From: Alphaproteobacteria bacterium
Lineage (GTDB): Bacteria; Pseudomonadota; Alphaproteobacteria; CACIAM-22H2
Length of the DNA: 64,000 bases
Assembly (NCBI GenBank): GCA_041690495.1
Contig: JAWLHE010000001.1
Coordinates: 11,369-75,368 of the forward strand
Reading direction: 5' to 3'
Part shown: positions 30,543-42,867 of the stretch, piece after piece
How positions within the stretch are numbered: the first letter of the stretch is position 1
How the letters are laid out: the number at the start of each line of letters is the position of its first letter
Program-made: the position numbers and the translations under genes
The notes under the pieces: model-generated
The model's database searches: none
Told to the model about the DNA's origin: nothing
What the model saw: the letters and a program-made list of their open reading frames with translations, nothing else

Positions 30543-31388
30543 ATGACCTGGCGCACGAACCCGCTGTTGCGATCGGCCTGGATGACCCTGTCCGCCGCGG
30601 CGGGACGGCCGCGCGGATTCGTCATTCCCTACCGCTACGCGGACTCGGTCGAGGCGCCGCCATCCTATCCCGCCCTCGCGCCGCTGTTCGCCGCGGCGGA
30701 ACCGGAGTTCCGCGCACTGCTGGTGCTGGCGCAGGGGCATCTCGAGCGGCTGCTGACGTTCGGCGGGGCGAGCCCGCCGGCGCCGCGCTTCGACCAGGAC
30801 TGGTTTCCGCGACTCGATGCGGCGATCGCCTACACGATGGTGCGGACGCTGCGCCCGGCCCGTATCGTCGAGATCGGCTCTGGCCACTCGACGCGTTTCC
30901 TCGCGCGCGCGGTGGCCGACGAGCGTTGCGCCACCAGGATCGTCGCGATCGATCCGGCGCCGCGCGCGACGATCGAAGGACTGCCGATCGAATTCGTCCG
31001 CTCGACGGTGCAGCGCGCGGGCCTTGACCCATTCCGCGGCCTCGCCGCCGGCGACATCGTCTTCGTCGACTCCAGCCACATCCTGATGCCGGGCACCGAT
31101 CTCGACGTCGTGCTCAATGCGGTGCTGCCGGCGCTGCCGCCCGGCGCGCTGGTGCATTTCCACGACATCTTCCTGCCGGAGGGCTATCCGGCGGACTGGG
31201 CATGGCGCGGCTACAACGAGCAGAACGCGGTCGCGGCGCTGGCGATGTCGGGTGGCTACCGCCTTCGCTGGGCCTCGCACCATGCTGCGACGCGCCTGAC
31301 GGCCGGGATCGCCGCCGCTGGCCTCGATCGGCTCCCTCTCGTCCCGGGCGCCCGCGAAACCAGCCTGTGGCTGGAAAAGGTGCGTTGA
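30543..31388 (+). CDS. class I SAM-dependent methyltransferase (Methyltransf_24-like)
   Basis: Motif I IVEIGSGHSTRFLA and acidic motif II (VFVDSSH); 281 aa. Confidence 0.65.
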   Translation: MTWRTNPLLRSAWMTLSAAAGRPRGFVIPYRYADSVEAPPSYPALAPLFAAAEPEFRALLVLAQGHLERLLTFGGASPPAPRFDQDWFPRLDAAIAYTMVRTLRPARIVEIGSGHSTRFLARAVADERCATRIVAIDPAPRATIEGLPIEFVRSTVQRAGLDPFRGLAAGDIVFVDSSHILMPGTDLDVVLNAVLPALPPGALVHFHDIFLPEGYPADWAWRGYNEQNAVAALAMSGGYRLRWASHHAATRLTAGIAAAGLDRLPLVPGARETSLWLEKVR

Positions 31389-31404
31389 GGCCGCCCTTTG
31401 CGGT

Positions 31405-32559
31405 TCAGCGATAGGGGTCGGCCGCGTCGCGCAGGCCGTCGCCGAGGAAGTTGAAGGCGAGCACGGTGATAATCACCGGGACCACCGGGGCCAGCAGCCA
31501 CGGATAGAGCGCCACCACGTTGATGTTCTGCGCCTCGGTCAGCAATACGCCCCACGAGGTGATCGGCGGGCGCAGGCCGAGGCCGAGGAAGGACAGCGCC
31601 GTCTCGCCGAGGATCATCGCCGGGATCGACAGGGTGGCCGAGGCGATGAGATGGCTCATGAAGCTCGGAAGGAGGTGGCGGCCGATGATGCGGCGCGGGC
31701 TTGCTCCCATCAGCACCGCCGCAGTGCAGAAATCCTCCTCGCGCAGCGCCAGCAGCTTGGAGCGCACCGCACGCGCCAGCCCCGTCCAGTCGATCAGGCC
31801 GAGGATGACGGTGATGCCGAAATAGATCAGCAGCGGATTCCACGACACCGGCAGCGCCGCGGACAGCGCCATCCACAGCGGCAGTTCGGGGAACGAGCGG
31901 ATGATCTCGATCACGCGCTGGATGACGTTGTCGACCCAGCCGCCGTAATAGCCGGCCAGCCCGCCCAGCGTCATGCCCAGAGCGAAGCTGATCGTGATGC
32001 CGATCAGCCCGACGGTGAGCGAGATGCGCGCTCCGTAGATCAGGCGCGAGAGCATGTCGCGGCCGAGCCGGTCGGTGCCGAGCAGGAACAGCACGCCGTC
32101 CTGCGCCGGGCAGACCAGATGCAGATTCGCCGGCACCAAGCCCCAGAAATCGTACGGGTCGCCGCGGCAGAAAAAGCGCAGCGGATAGACCCGATCGTGA
32201 TCGGGCGTGTACTCGCGTTTCAGGGTGTCGAGGTCGAGATTGTACTTGAAGCCGTAGACGAACGGCCCGATGAAACTGCCCTCGTGGAACAGGTGAACGG
32301 TCTGCGGCGGCGCGTAGATGAAATCGGTGTTGCGCGTGTAGAGGCTGTAGGGCGCCAGGAACTCGGCGACCAGGATCGACGCATACATGACCAGCAGGAT
32401 GACCCCGGAGATGACCGCGAGCCGGTGGCGCTTGAGCTTCCACCACATCATCCGCCACTGCGAGGCCATGTAATAGCGCTCGAGTTCCGGCGTCAGCCGC
32501 TCCGCCTCCTGCGGGTCGAACGGCGCCGTGCTGGCGTAATGCTCGAGCCGTGTGCTCAT
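31405..32559 (-). CDS. yejE: ABC transporter permease, YejE/DppC-OppC family
   Basis: 384 aa; BPD-transporter permease signature; N-terminal extension typical of YejE. Confidence 0.88.
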   Translation of the reverse strand: MSTRLEHYASTAPFDPQEAERLTPELERYYMASQWRMMWWKLKRHRLAVISGVILLVMYASILVAEFLAPYSLYTRNTDFIYAPPQTVHLFHEGSFIGPFVYGFKYNLDLDTLKREYTPDHDRVYPLRFFCRGDPYDFWGLVPANLHLVCPAQDGVLFLLGTDRLGRDMLSRLIYGARISLTVGLIGITISFALGMTLGGLAGYYGGWVDNVIQRVIEIIRSFPELPLWMALSAALPVSWNPLLIYFGITVILGLIDWTGLARAVRSKLLALREEDFCTAAVLMGASPRRIIGRHLLPSFMSHLIASATLSIPAMILGETALSFLGLGLRPPITSWGVLLTEAQNINVVALYPWLLAPVVPVIITVLAFNFLGDGLRDAADPYR

Positions 32560-33554
32560 CTGGTGGCGCCGCCATGCAGCCGGATGCGCGGGTCGAGAGC
32601 GGCCAGCGCCAGGTCGGACAGGAACACGCCGACCACGACCAGAAGCGCCTCGATCATCAGGAACGAGCCGGCGAGATACATGTCCTGGCTCTGCAGCGCG
32701 CGCAGCAGCATCGGGCCGTTGGTCGGCAGCGACAGCACCACCGAGACGATCGCGGCTCCGGAGATCAGGCTCGGCAGCAGGCTGCCGATATCGGCGATGA
32801 ACGGATTGAGCGCCATGCGCAGCGGGTATTTGAACAGCAGGCGGCGCGGCGGCAGCCCCTTGGCGCGCGCCGTCACGACATACTGTTTCTGCAGTTCGTC
32901 AAGGAGGTTCGCGCGCAGCCGCCGGATCATCGCCGCGGTGCCGCCAAGGCCGATGACGATCACCGGAATCCACAGGTGCTCGAGGATCGAGCCGAGCTTG
33001 CCCCAGGACATCGGCTTGTCCATGTAGACCGGATCCATCAGCCCGCCGATCGACGTGCCGAACACGGCATTGCCGACATAGAGCAGCACCAGCGCCAGCA
33101 GAAAGCTCGGCGTCGCCAGACCGAGGAAGCCGACGAGGGTCAGCCCGTAGTCGCCGAGCGAATACTGGTGAGTCGCCGAGTAGATGCCGATCGGAAAGGC
33201 GACAACGTAAGTGAAGATCACGGTCGCGATGGCGACGATGAAGGAGAGCGCAAGCCGCTCGCCGATGACGTCGCGCACCGGCAGGTTGTATTCGAAGGAC
33301 CACCCCAGGTCGCCCTGGACGAGGCCGACCACCCAATGGAAATACTGCTCGATCGGCGGCCGGTCGAGGCCGTACTGCTCCCGCAGGAAAGCGATCCGCT
33401 CCATGCTGGCGCCTTCGCCCTGGGCCTGCAGCTCCATCATCATCGTCGTCAGATAGTCGCCCGGCGGAAGCTGGATGATGGTGAAGACGATGGCGCTGAT
33501 CGCGACCAGGGTCGGGACCATGATCAGAATGCGGCGGATGAGATAGCTCAGCAT
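32556..33554 (-). CDS. yejB: ABC transporter permease, YejB/DppB family
   Basis: Likely start MLSYLIRRIL…; DppB-type permease with EAA-like loop; 4-bp overlap with yejE. Confidence 0.88.
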   Translation of the reverse strand: MLSYLIRRILIMVPTLVAISAIVFTIIQLPPGDYLTTMMMELQAQGEGASMERIAFLREQYGLDRPPIEQYFHWVVGLVQGDLGWSFEYNLPVRDVIGERLALSFIVAIATVIFTYVVAFPIGIYSATHQYSLGDYGLTLVGFLGLATPSFLLALVLLYVGNAVFGTSIGGLMDPVYMDKPMSWGKLGSILEHLWIPVIVIGLGGTAAMIRRLRANLLDELQKQYVVTARAKGLPPRRLLFKYPLRMALNPFIADIGSLLPSLISGAAIVSVVLSLPTNGPMLLRALQSQDMYLAGSFLMIEALLVVVGVFLSDLALAALDPRIRLHGGATR

Positions 33555-33567
33555 GCAAGGCCCGTGG

Positions 33568-35480
33568 TCATTGCGCCGCCGCCGTGTTCGGCGCATCGGC
33601 GAACCAGAACGTGTCCGGATGATAGATGCCGAAGAATGCGCCGGGGTCGAAATTGTAGACGCCGTCGGTCGGCACGTTACGCAGCCGATTGGATACGACC
33701 ACCGGCTGCTTCACCGCGGCGATCAGCCCGATCGAATAGACCTGCTCGGCGTGGATGGCGAGCATCCTGTGCCACACGGCGCGGCGCTGCTCGGTCGTGG
33801 TGGCGTGCTGCCATTCCGCGTTCAGTTTCGCGAGCTCGATGGCGTGCGGGTCGTCCACCTTCTCGCCGCTGGCGCCGCCGGTTTCCGCATACTGCCCCCA
33901 TTTCGGCCATTGCAGGTGCTGCTGAGAGGTCGGCGCAAGCTCCGCGGGCGACATGTCGGCGGTCGGGATGCCGTTCTCCAGGCCGATCCAGATGGTCATG
34001 ACGCTCTCTCCGGAGAAGACCCGGTTGCGGAACATCTCGCGCTGCAGCGGACGCGAATACAGCTTGACGCCGACGTCGAGCCAGGAATCGTGGATCAGCT
34101 CGAGCACGTCGGTCTGCTCGGTCTCCTCTCCTGCTGTCTCGACGATGACCTCGAGCGGGCGGCCATCGGGCAGAAGCCGCACGCCGCGGCTGTCGCGTTT
34201 GGTGAGTCCGATCTCGTCGAGCAGCCGCTTTGCCTCCGCCCTGTCGAACTTCGCATAGGCGTCGCGATACTCGGGGCGATAGAGCGGGCTTTTGGGCAGG
34301 ACCGTGTTCTGCCCCTCGATCGCCAGGCCGAAATAGACGACCTGGTTGATTTCGTGCCGGTTGATCGCGAGCGACAGCGCACGGCGGAAGCGCACGTCGC
34401 GGTTGAGCTCGCGCCAAACGCGGTCGTTGGCGTTGAGGTTGGGATAGAGCGCCAGATGCGCCCCCTTGGCGGTATCCCAGAGATGCACCGAAAAGTCGTT
34501 GCGCTTCGCCGCCTGCCTCAGGAAGGTGAAATTGCTGAAAGAGAGATTGCGTGCCTGGATATCCGATTCGCCGGCGCCGGTCTTGGCGGGAATCAGCCGG
34601 CTGTCGGACACCGACGCGACGACGCGGTCGATATAAGGGAGCTGGCGCCCGTTGACGTCGATACGGTGGAAGTACGGGTTGCGCACGAACACGAAACGGT
34701 CGGCCGGCGGATGGGTCTGCGGCACCCATGGCTCGAGCGAGGGCAGATCCGGATTGTCGTTGCGGTACTGGTTGTCGAGGCGATTGTGTAGCTGCGCCCA
34801 CCCGCGCACATGGGCATTGCGAACCGCCTCCTCGAGTTTCGCGGTTTCGGCGTAGCGCTTGTGGAAGCGCTTCAGGTAATGCGCGGGCCGATAGATATAG
34901 AGCGGTGCCGCGCCGGCGAGCGCCTGCAGGAAATAGGGGTTGGGCGTTGGCCAGGCGTAGCGGACCGTGACCTCGTCGATGATCGTCACTTCGGGCGGCT
35001 TGCCGTCTATGATCAGGCTGCGCGGGGGCCCGACGGGCGACAGCTTCTTGTCGTTGGCGACGTCTTCCCAGTAGTAGCGGAAATCCTCGGTCGTGAAGGG
35101 ATGGCCGTCCGACCAGCGGTGGCCGCGGCGGAGCTTCAGGGTGAAGATGCGGTTTCCCGTGTTCTCGATGCTCTCGAGAATGTCGGGCTTGAGCTCGAGA
35201 TTGGCGTTGTAGCCGACCAGGCGCGCATAGCCGTAGACGACCATCATCCGGATGTCCTGGCTGCGGCCGATCAGGAGCCGTGCCTCGCCGCCGTGCCGCC
35301 CCGGCTCGGCGCCGGGCCGATCGGGTTTCAGCACGAGCGGCACCTCCGGCAGGCGTTGCTCGACCGGCGGCAATCTGCCTTCGCGGACATCCTTCTCCAG
35401 CGCGGGGCTGTCGATCAGCGCCGCTGCCGCCGGGCCGCCGAGCGTCGCGGCCAAAAGAATTGCGGCAAGCAGCGCGCGGA

Positions 35481-35484
<4 letters not shown>
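33568..35484 (-). CDS. yejA: extracellular solute-binding protein, family 5 (YejA-like)
   Basis: ATG at 35482-35484 (MIRALLAAILLAATLGGPAAA signal peptide); 638 aa SBP_bac_5 homolog; ATGA overlap with yejF. Confidence 0.85.
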
Positions 35485-37377
<1,893 letters not shown>

Positions 37378-37394
<17 letters not shown>

Positions 37395-37875
37395 TACCCA
37401 ATGCCCCGAAATTCGCTCGCGTGGCGTCCGACAGACTCAGCCCTGCGGCGCGCGCGGCTTCGGCAGCCTGGCGCGCGATTTCGTTGAAACCTTCGAGGGT
37501 GGAATCGAGGCGGATAGTCCCGCTATCGGGACCGCCATTCCCTTTGAGCATCAACTGCATCCACCCTCCCGTCCGGTCGAATCGCGTTGAGTAGTAATTA
37601 AGCCGGACGTCCTTCAACTTCTCCCACGCCAACCTAGCCCGCCATGGTGAAGAAAGCGATATGTCGTGCGCTGTGACGGTTATCACAGCTACGCTCCGCC
37701 GCCACGTCCGGATGCCGAAAATGGCGAAAAGGGTGGCCAGCGGCAACAGAACGAACTGCGCCGCTGACGTCGCGGGGATGGCGAGCGCGGGGCCGAGCGT
37801 GAGTGCGAGCCCGGCGCCGGCGCGGATGAAGTCGCCGGTCAGCGACTGCCGCGGATAGCGATGGTAGGCGGTCAT
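37378..37875 (-). CDS. hypothetical membrane protein (two N-terminal TM helices plus soluble domain)
   Basis: 165 aa; balanced composition; 4-bp overlap with the upstream deacetylase gene and 17-bp overlap with yejF. Confidence 0.5.
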
Positions 37876-38618
37876 GATCGGAACAGCGCGGCCGCGTCGA
37901 CCAGCCTTGCTGCGGGGTGGCGGCGCAGCGCCGCCAGGAACGCATCGACAAACGCCCAGGCGGCCTCATCGTGGGCGAGGTGGTGCGTCAGCAGGCCGGT
38001 CGGCTCGTCGGGATCGGCGTCGCCGATGCGGCGGGCGCGCAGATGAGCGACGGCCAAGCCGAGCGCAACGTCGCTGCCGCCGAAGGCGCGGGTGGTCCAG
38101 TTCATGACGTCGACATGGGTATTGACCCGGACGAGTCCGGGTACCGCGCGTCTGCGGGGGCCGTAGGTCGACAGGCCGATATAGCCGGCGGCGGGGAGGG
38201 CAGCGGCAAGCTCGCCTGCGATACGGTTATGCGGCGGAACCAGCGCGCGGGTCCAGCGGCCGAACAGCGCGTCCATGACGAGCTGGCCGCGTGCGAGCTC
38301 GCCGAGCATAAAGGACAGCGGCCGGTGCGGCCCGAGCTCGGCCTTCGAGGCGCCGACCGGCGCATGGTTCGCATGCATCCAGCCGTGCTGGACCACGGTC
38401 ACCAGAGGTCCTTCGATCCGCTTCCCGAGCTCGGGCTCGGCCCGGGCGGGGATCACCGCGATGGTGATCGGCGCGTCGTGCCTGCGGTGCAGCTCGAGCA
38501 GCCGGTCGAGGGCCGGCGTCGGCGCCGTTGCGTCGTCGTCGCGCCACCAGAAAGTTGCAGTCCGGCCCGATTCGCGCCAGCATTCGAGTTCGCCGGCCAG
38601 ATCCGCCCAGGAGCTCAA
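37872..38618 (-). CDS. polysaccharide deacetylase family protein
   Basis: 248 aa; N-terminal WWRDDD and His-rich motifs typical of this deacetylase family. Confidence 0.65.
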   Translation of the reverse strand: MSSWADLAGELECWRESGRTATFWWRDDDATAPTPALDRLLELHRRHDAPITIAVIPARAEPELGKRIEGPLVTVVQHGWMHANHAPVGASKAELGPHRPLSFMLGELARGQLVMDALFGRWTRALVPPHNRIAGELAAALPAAGYIGLSTYGPRRRAVPGLVRVNTHVDVMNWTTRAFGGSDVALGLAVAHLRARRIGDADPDEPTGLLTHHLAHDEAAWAFVDAFLAALRRHPAARLVDAAALFRS

Positions 38619-39772
38619 GCGCCGGCACCCCGCGTCGTCAGCCAGGTGCGGATCAGCCGGGCGGTTTCCGCCGCGCCGTCGCAGCGCAGCGCCCCGGACT
38701 CGGGCCGCTTCATCGCCGCCGCGCGGTCGATCGCCCCGGCGAGGGTCGCCGGCGTCAGTGTCGACTCCGCGACCATCTCGGCCCAGCCGCGATCGACCAG
38801 TGCGGCGGCGCGCACGGTCTGCTCGGTTTCCTGGCCGGCGGCGAACGGCACCAGTACGGCACGCGCGCGCGCGTTGAGAATGTCCATCACCGTATTATAG
38901 CCAGCCTGCGCCACCGCCACATGGCAGCGCGCGAGCAGGCCGGGAAAATCGGCACGCGCCGGCTCGACGATACAGCCCGCACTGGTGGCTGCGGCCAATT
39001 CCATCCGGATCGCGGCAGGAAGATTGGGGCCGACCAGCAGACGCCAGACGCGGCTGCCTTGCGCGCTTTGCAGCCGTGCGGCGAGCGCTGCGCGCAGCAG
39101 CGGCGCGCCGACGGCGCCACCGCCGACCGAGACGACGATCTCGCCTTCGCCATGGCCGGCCGGCGGCTCTGGTGCGGCGCCATTCGCAACATAGCCGGTA
39201 TAGACCACGCGGTCGGCAATGCGGTCCTCGGGAAAGCTCTTGGCCAAGGGGAGGAACCCCGGATCGCCGTGAACGAGCACGTGGTCGTACCAGGCGCGGA
39301 CCCGCTCGGCCATCTCGTAGAGCTTGCGTTCGTCGCTCTTCTGCGCGAGCACGTCGCGCACCGACGACAGGATCAGCGGCTGCGGCCGTTGCCGCCGCGC
39401 CGCGGCGATCAGCGGAATCAGCTCGAATGCCAGCATTCGCCGCCCGAGCGGGAACAGCTCGGTAATGACCACATCGGGACGCGTGGCAGCGAACCACGAT
39501 AGCAATGCCTCGCTGCGCGCCGCCCGCCAGGCGTCGTCGACCGGCCGACCCTCGGCATCGACCAGTTTCCTGAATGTCTCGTCCGTGGCCCGCATCGGCG
39601 GGAGCTGCACCAGTCGTGCGCCGCCGCAATCGAGGTCGGGGATCGGCGGGCCGCCTGAAACGAGCACGACGTCGAAGCCGTCGCGTGCCAGTGCCGCGGA
39701 GATCACCGCCGCCCGGCGCAGATGCCCGCTGCCGAGCAGATGCTGAACGTGAAAGAGGATGCGCGCGGTCAT
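38615..39772 (-). CDS. glycosyltransferase, GT28/MurG-like C-terminal domain (GT-B fold)
   Basis: ATG at 39770-39772 (MTARILFHVQHLLGSGHLRR…); C-terminal AGYNT motif; paralogous to the 42868..44094 gene. Confidence 0.75.
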   Translation of the reverse strand: MTARILFHVQHLLGSGHLRRAAVISAALARDGFDVVLVSGGPPIPDLDCGGARLVQLPPMRATDETFRKLVDAEGRPVDDAWRAARSEALLSWFAATRPDVVITELFPLGRRMLAFELIPLIAAARRQRPQPLILSSVRDVLAQKSDERKLYEMAERVRAWYDHVLVHGDPGFLPLAKSFPEDRIADRVVYTGYVANGAAPEPPAGHGEGEIVVSVGGGAVGAPLLRAALAARLQSAQGSRVWRLLVGPNLPAAIRMELAAATSAGCIVEPARADFPGLLARCHVAVAQAGYNTVMDILNARARAVLVPFAAGQETEQTVRAAALVDRGWAEMVAESTLTPATLAGAIDRAAAMKRPESGALRCDGAAETARLIRTWLTTRGAGA

Positions 39773-40356
39773 TGCACCTCGAGCGGCAGGTTGAGCTTCT
39801 CGACGCGCGGCACGCCTCCCCTGTCCAGCGCGAACAGGTGCAACGCGTACAGGTCGAGTCCTTCGGGCGGCTCGCCGGTCATATCCCAGTTGACGGCGCG
39901 CGCATAGATGGCGCGGATGACGCCGCGGTGGGTCACCGCCAGGGTCGGCCGAGCCGCGGCGCCGATCTCCCGCAGCAGCGGCGCAACGCGCGCCTGCACG
40001 TCGCGGGGACTCTCGCCGCCTGGCGGACGGAAATCCAGCCCGCGCGCCTCGTTCGTCGCCAGATCGGTGCCGTGCGCGTCGCGCAGCTCGGACAGCGTAC
40101 GGCCCTGGAACTCGCCCCAGTCCATCTCGATCAGGCGCGGATCGGGCGACACCACCAGGCGCAGCATTGCCGCGGTGTCGAGACAGCGCCGCAAGGGCGA
40201 GGACAGCGCGCGGAACCCGGCATAGGCGTCGGGGATGCGGCGCCGCAGGAGATCGGCGCGGCTCTCGTCGAGGAGCGGGACGTCGCTGCGCCCCTGCAGC
40301 CGGCCGGCCTTGTTCCACGCCGTCGGCGCGTGGCGGATCAGCGCCAGCAGGGTCAT
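39769..40356 (-). CDS. histidine phosphatase family protein
   Basis: RHG motif (LALIRHAPTAWN), second His motif (AVTHRGVIRA); ATGA overlaps on both sides. Confidence 0.8.
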   Translation of the reverse strand: MTLLALIRHAPTAWNKAGRLQGRSDVPLLDESRADLLRRRIPDAYAGFRALSSPLRRCLDTAAMLRLVVSPDPRLIEMDWGEFQGRTLSELRDAHGTDLATNEARGLDFRPPGGESPRDVQARVAPLLREIGAAARPTLAVTHRGVIRAIYARAVNWDMTGEPPEGLDLYALHLFALDRGGVPRVEKLNLPLEVQ

Positions 40357-41501
40357 GCGCGCTCCGCGGCCACGGCCTGCAGGATCCGGTCGAGCGCGGC
40401 GCCGGCGGAAACGACGTCATGCTCCGCCGCAACTTTTGCCATCGCCGCGGCACCATAATCGAGACGCCGCTCGGGTGCAGCGAGCAGCGTGTCAACCGCC
40501 GCGGCGAATGCCGCCGCATCGCCCGGCGGCGTCAGCAGACCGGTTCGCTCGTGGACGATCAGCTCGGGCACACCGCCGCTTCTGCCCGCGACCGCCGGCA
40601 ATCCCGCCGCCTGGGCCTCGAGAATGGCCATTCCGTAGGCCTCGTTGATTGCCGGCCAGACCAGGAGATCGGCTGCCGCGAGAAGGCCGGGCAGCCGCCC
40701 GGGATCGACCGCGCCGACGTGGACGACGCGATCGCGGACCGGCGCCAGTGCCGCCTCGACCTCCCGCCGCGCCGGTCCATCGCCGATGGTCAGGAGCCGC
40801 CAGGGTCTCGCGCGCAAGACGTCCAGGGCTGCGCCGAGCACGCGGTACGAGGCCAGCTTGTCGCCAGCACGCATCATCGCGACGGCGACGAGCCAAGGCT
40901 CGTCGGACGGGAGATGGAAGCGCCCGGCGATTTCGCGTCGCTGGTCGGCGCGACCTTGCGCCGCCGTGGCGAATGCAGCCGATTCGAGGAATGGCTTCAG
41001 GTGGCGCAGACGCGCAGCGTCGCGCAGATGCGGGATGACGCCGTCATCGTCGGCGGGATTGAGCGAGATTACGGCGTCGGCGCGCTTGAGCGCCGCAAGC
41101 GTCGCTTCGTGACCGAGCGACCACGGGCCGCCAGCGCGCTTTGCTGCGACCGATGCCTCGACGACGACGTACGGAATGCCGAGCCGGGCGGCGACGCGTG
41201 GCCCGATCCAGTCCGGCGCCTTGTGATAGAGGTGATAGGTCAGCCATGCGCGGGGACGCCGCGCCGGCGTACGGGCGCCGAGCTGCTCGATCAGCCGCGC
41301 CGCGAGACGTCCACCGAGCTCCGCCAGACGGTGCTGGCGTTCCGTATCGCCGCCGCCGTCATAACTGCGCAGCCGTGCGGCGAGCTCTACCTCGTGTCCG
41401 GCGCGGCTCAGCGCCAGCCGAAGGAGCTGTGCCACGCGCCGGTCGCCGGACGGGACCGGATGATCGGGCGGTTTGAGCGGGGCGTAGAAGGCGATGCGCA
41501 T
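40353..41501 (-). CDS. glycosyltransferase family 4 (GT-B, retaining)
   Basis: 382 aa; C-terminal E-x7-E region (…INEAYGMAILEAQAAGLPAVAGRSGGVPELI…). Confidence 0.85.
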   Translation of the reverse strand: MRIAFYAPLKPPDHPVPSGDRRVAQLLRLALSRAGHEVELAARLRSYDGGGDTERQHRLAELGGRLAARLIEQLGARTPARRPRAWLTYHLYHKAPDWIGPRVAARLGIPYVVVEASVAAKRAGGPWSLGHEATLAALKRADAVISLNPADDDGVIPHLRDAARLRHLKPFLESAAFATAAQGRADQRREIAGRFHLPSDEPWLVAVAMMRAGDKLASYRVLGAALDVLRARPWRLLTIGDGPARREVEAALAPVRDRVVHVGAVDPGRLPGLLAAADLLVWPAINEAYGMAILEAQAAGLPAVAGRSGGVPELIVHERTGLLTPPGDAAAFAAAVDTLLAAPERRLDYGAAAMAKVAAEHDVVSAGAALDRILQAVAAERA

Positions 41502-41519
41502 GCGGTCGGCGAAGGTCGG

Positions 41520-42815
41520 TTACCTCGCCGCTTCGCGCGCCGGCGCGCGTCCGTCTGCAATCGTCGAAGACAACAGAAGGGCGGCAATGCGGCCGATGCC
41601 GCGCTCGAGCGGGAAGTCGCGGCGCACCCGCGCCTCGCCGGCGGCCGCGAGGCGCGCGCGCAGGGCGGGGTCGCTGACAAGGCGTGTGATTGCCGCTGCC
41701 ATGGCGGCGGGGTCGCCCGGCGGAACCAGTGTGCCGGTGACGCCGTCCGCGACGAGCTCGGGTATCGCCGAGACGGCGGTCGCCGCCACCGGGCAGCGCT
41801 GGCTCAACGCCTCGAGCAGGACGTTGGGCAGGCCGTCGCGATCGCCGTCGCCGCTGATCCTGCTTGCCAGAACGAACAGGTCGGCCTCGCGATAGGCCGC
41901 GCGCACCACGTCCTCGGTCTGGGCGCCGCGCCACGCGATGCGGTCTGCGAGGCCGCGCCGCTCCGCCTCGCGCCGGAGATCGGGGAGCAGCGGTCCGCCG
42001 CCGATATGGATCATCCGCCAGTGCAGGTCGCGCGGCAGCAGGGCCAGAGCCGCGAGCAGGTCGCCGTAGCCCTTTTTCGGCACCGCGCGCCCGACCGACA
42101 GCAGGATGACCGGATCGGCCGGCGCCGTTCCGTCGCGGGGCGGGCGCGATGCGTCGTGCGGTGGGAAACGCGCGGCATCGATGCCGTGGTAGACGAGCTC
42201 GACTTTCGCCGGCGCGGCAGCCAATTCGGCGAGGTGCTCGCGTCCCGCACGCGTGCAGGTCACCGCCCATGCCGCGTCGTCGAGCTTCTCGCGTTTCTCC
42301 CAGCCGGGCGTGGTCCAGATGTCCTTGGCGTGCGCCGACACGCTCCACGTCAATCCGGCGAGAAGCGCGGCATAGCGCGCGACCGATGCAGGCGTGTGCA
42401 GAAAATGCGCGTAATAGTGCACGACATCCGGGCTGCGCTCCGCCGCCAGCACCAGCGCCTGGCCGAAGCGCCGGATGCGATTGGGCGTCGGATCGCGAGC
42501 GAGGTCCTTGAGCCAGGCGGCGCGTGCGCGCGCATAGCCGGGCAGACGCCGCACCGCACGCCAGGCGCGCCAGACCCGCGCCGGCTCGCGCCACAGATAT
42601 TCGGGCAGATACGTCAGCGCGGCGCCGACTGACCGGTTGAGCGGGTGCACGCGCTTGTCGGTAGGATGGCGCAGCGAATAGATGCGCAGGTGCACGCCGC
42701 TGCGCTCGAGCGCGCGCAACTCCTGGGCGATGAAGGTTTCCGACAGGCGCGGCCAGCCCTTGACGACCACGCCGATTGCGGCGACGGATGGCTGGCTCGT
42801 CGGCTCGTGAGGCAT
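41520..42815 (-). CDS. glycosyltransferase family 4
   Basis: ATG at 42813-42815 (MPHEPTS…); about 431 aa; GT4 C-terminal domain (…GLPNVLLEALSQRCPVAATAVSAIPELV…). Confidence 0.85.
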   Translation of the reverse strand: MPHEPTSQPSVAAIGVVVKGWPRLSETFIAQELRALERSGVHLRIYSLRHPTDKRVHPLNRSVGAALTYLPEYLWREPARVWRAWRAVRRLPGYARARAAWLKDLARDPTPNRIRRFGQALVLAAERSPDVVHYYAHFLHTPASVARYAALLAGLTWSVSAHAKDIWTTPGWEKREKLDDAAWAVTCTRAGREHLAELAAAPAKVELVYHGIDAARFPPHDASRPPRDGTAPADPVILLSVGRAVPKKGYGDLLAALALLPRDLHWRMIHIGGGPLLPDLRREAERRGLADRIAWRGAQTEDVVRAAYREADLFVLASRISGDGDRDGLPNVLLEALSQRCPVAATAVSAIPELVADGVTGTLVPPGDPAAMAAAITRLVSDPALRARLAAAGEARVRRDFPLERGIGRIAALLLSSTIADGRAPAREAAR

Positions 42816-42867
42816 GAAGCAATCTAGCGTCGAAGCGGCGCCCGTCGGAAGCAGGATGCGCAGACCT

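Noticed and set aside
40167-42632. 821-aa plus-strand ORF
   Set aside because: Antisense to three glycosyltransferase genes; low-complexity Arg/Ala/Gly-rich translation
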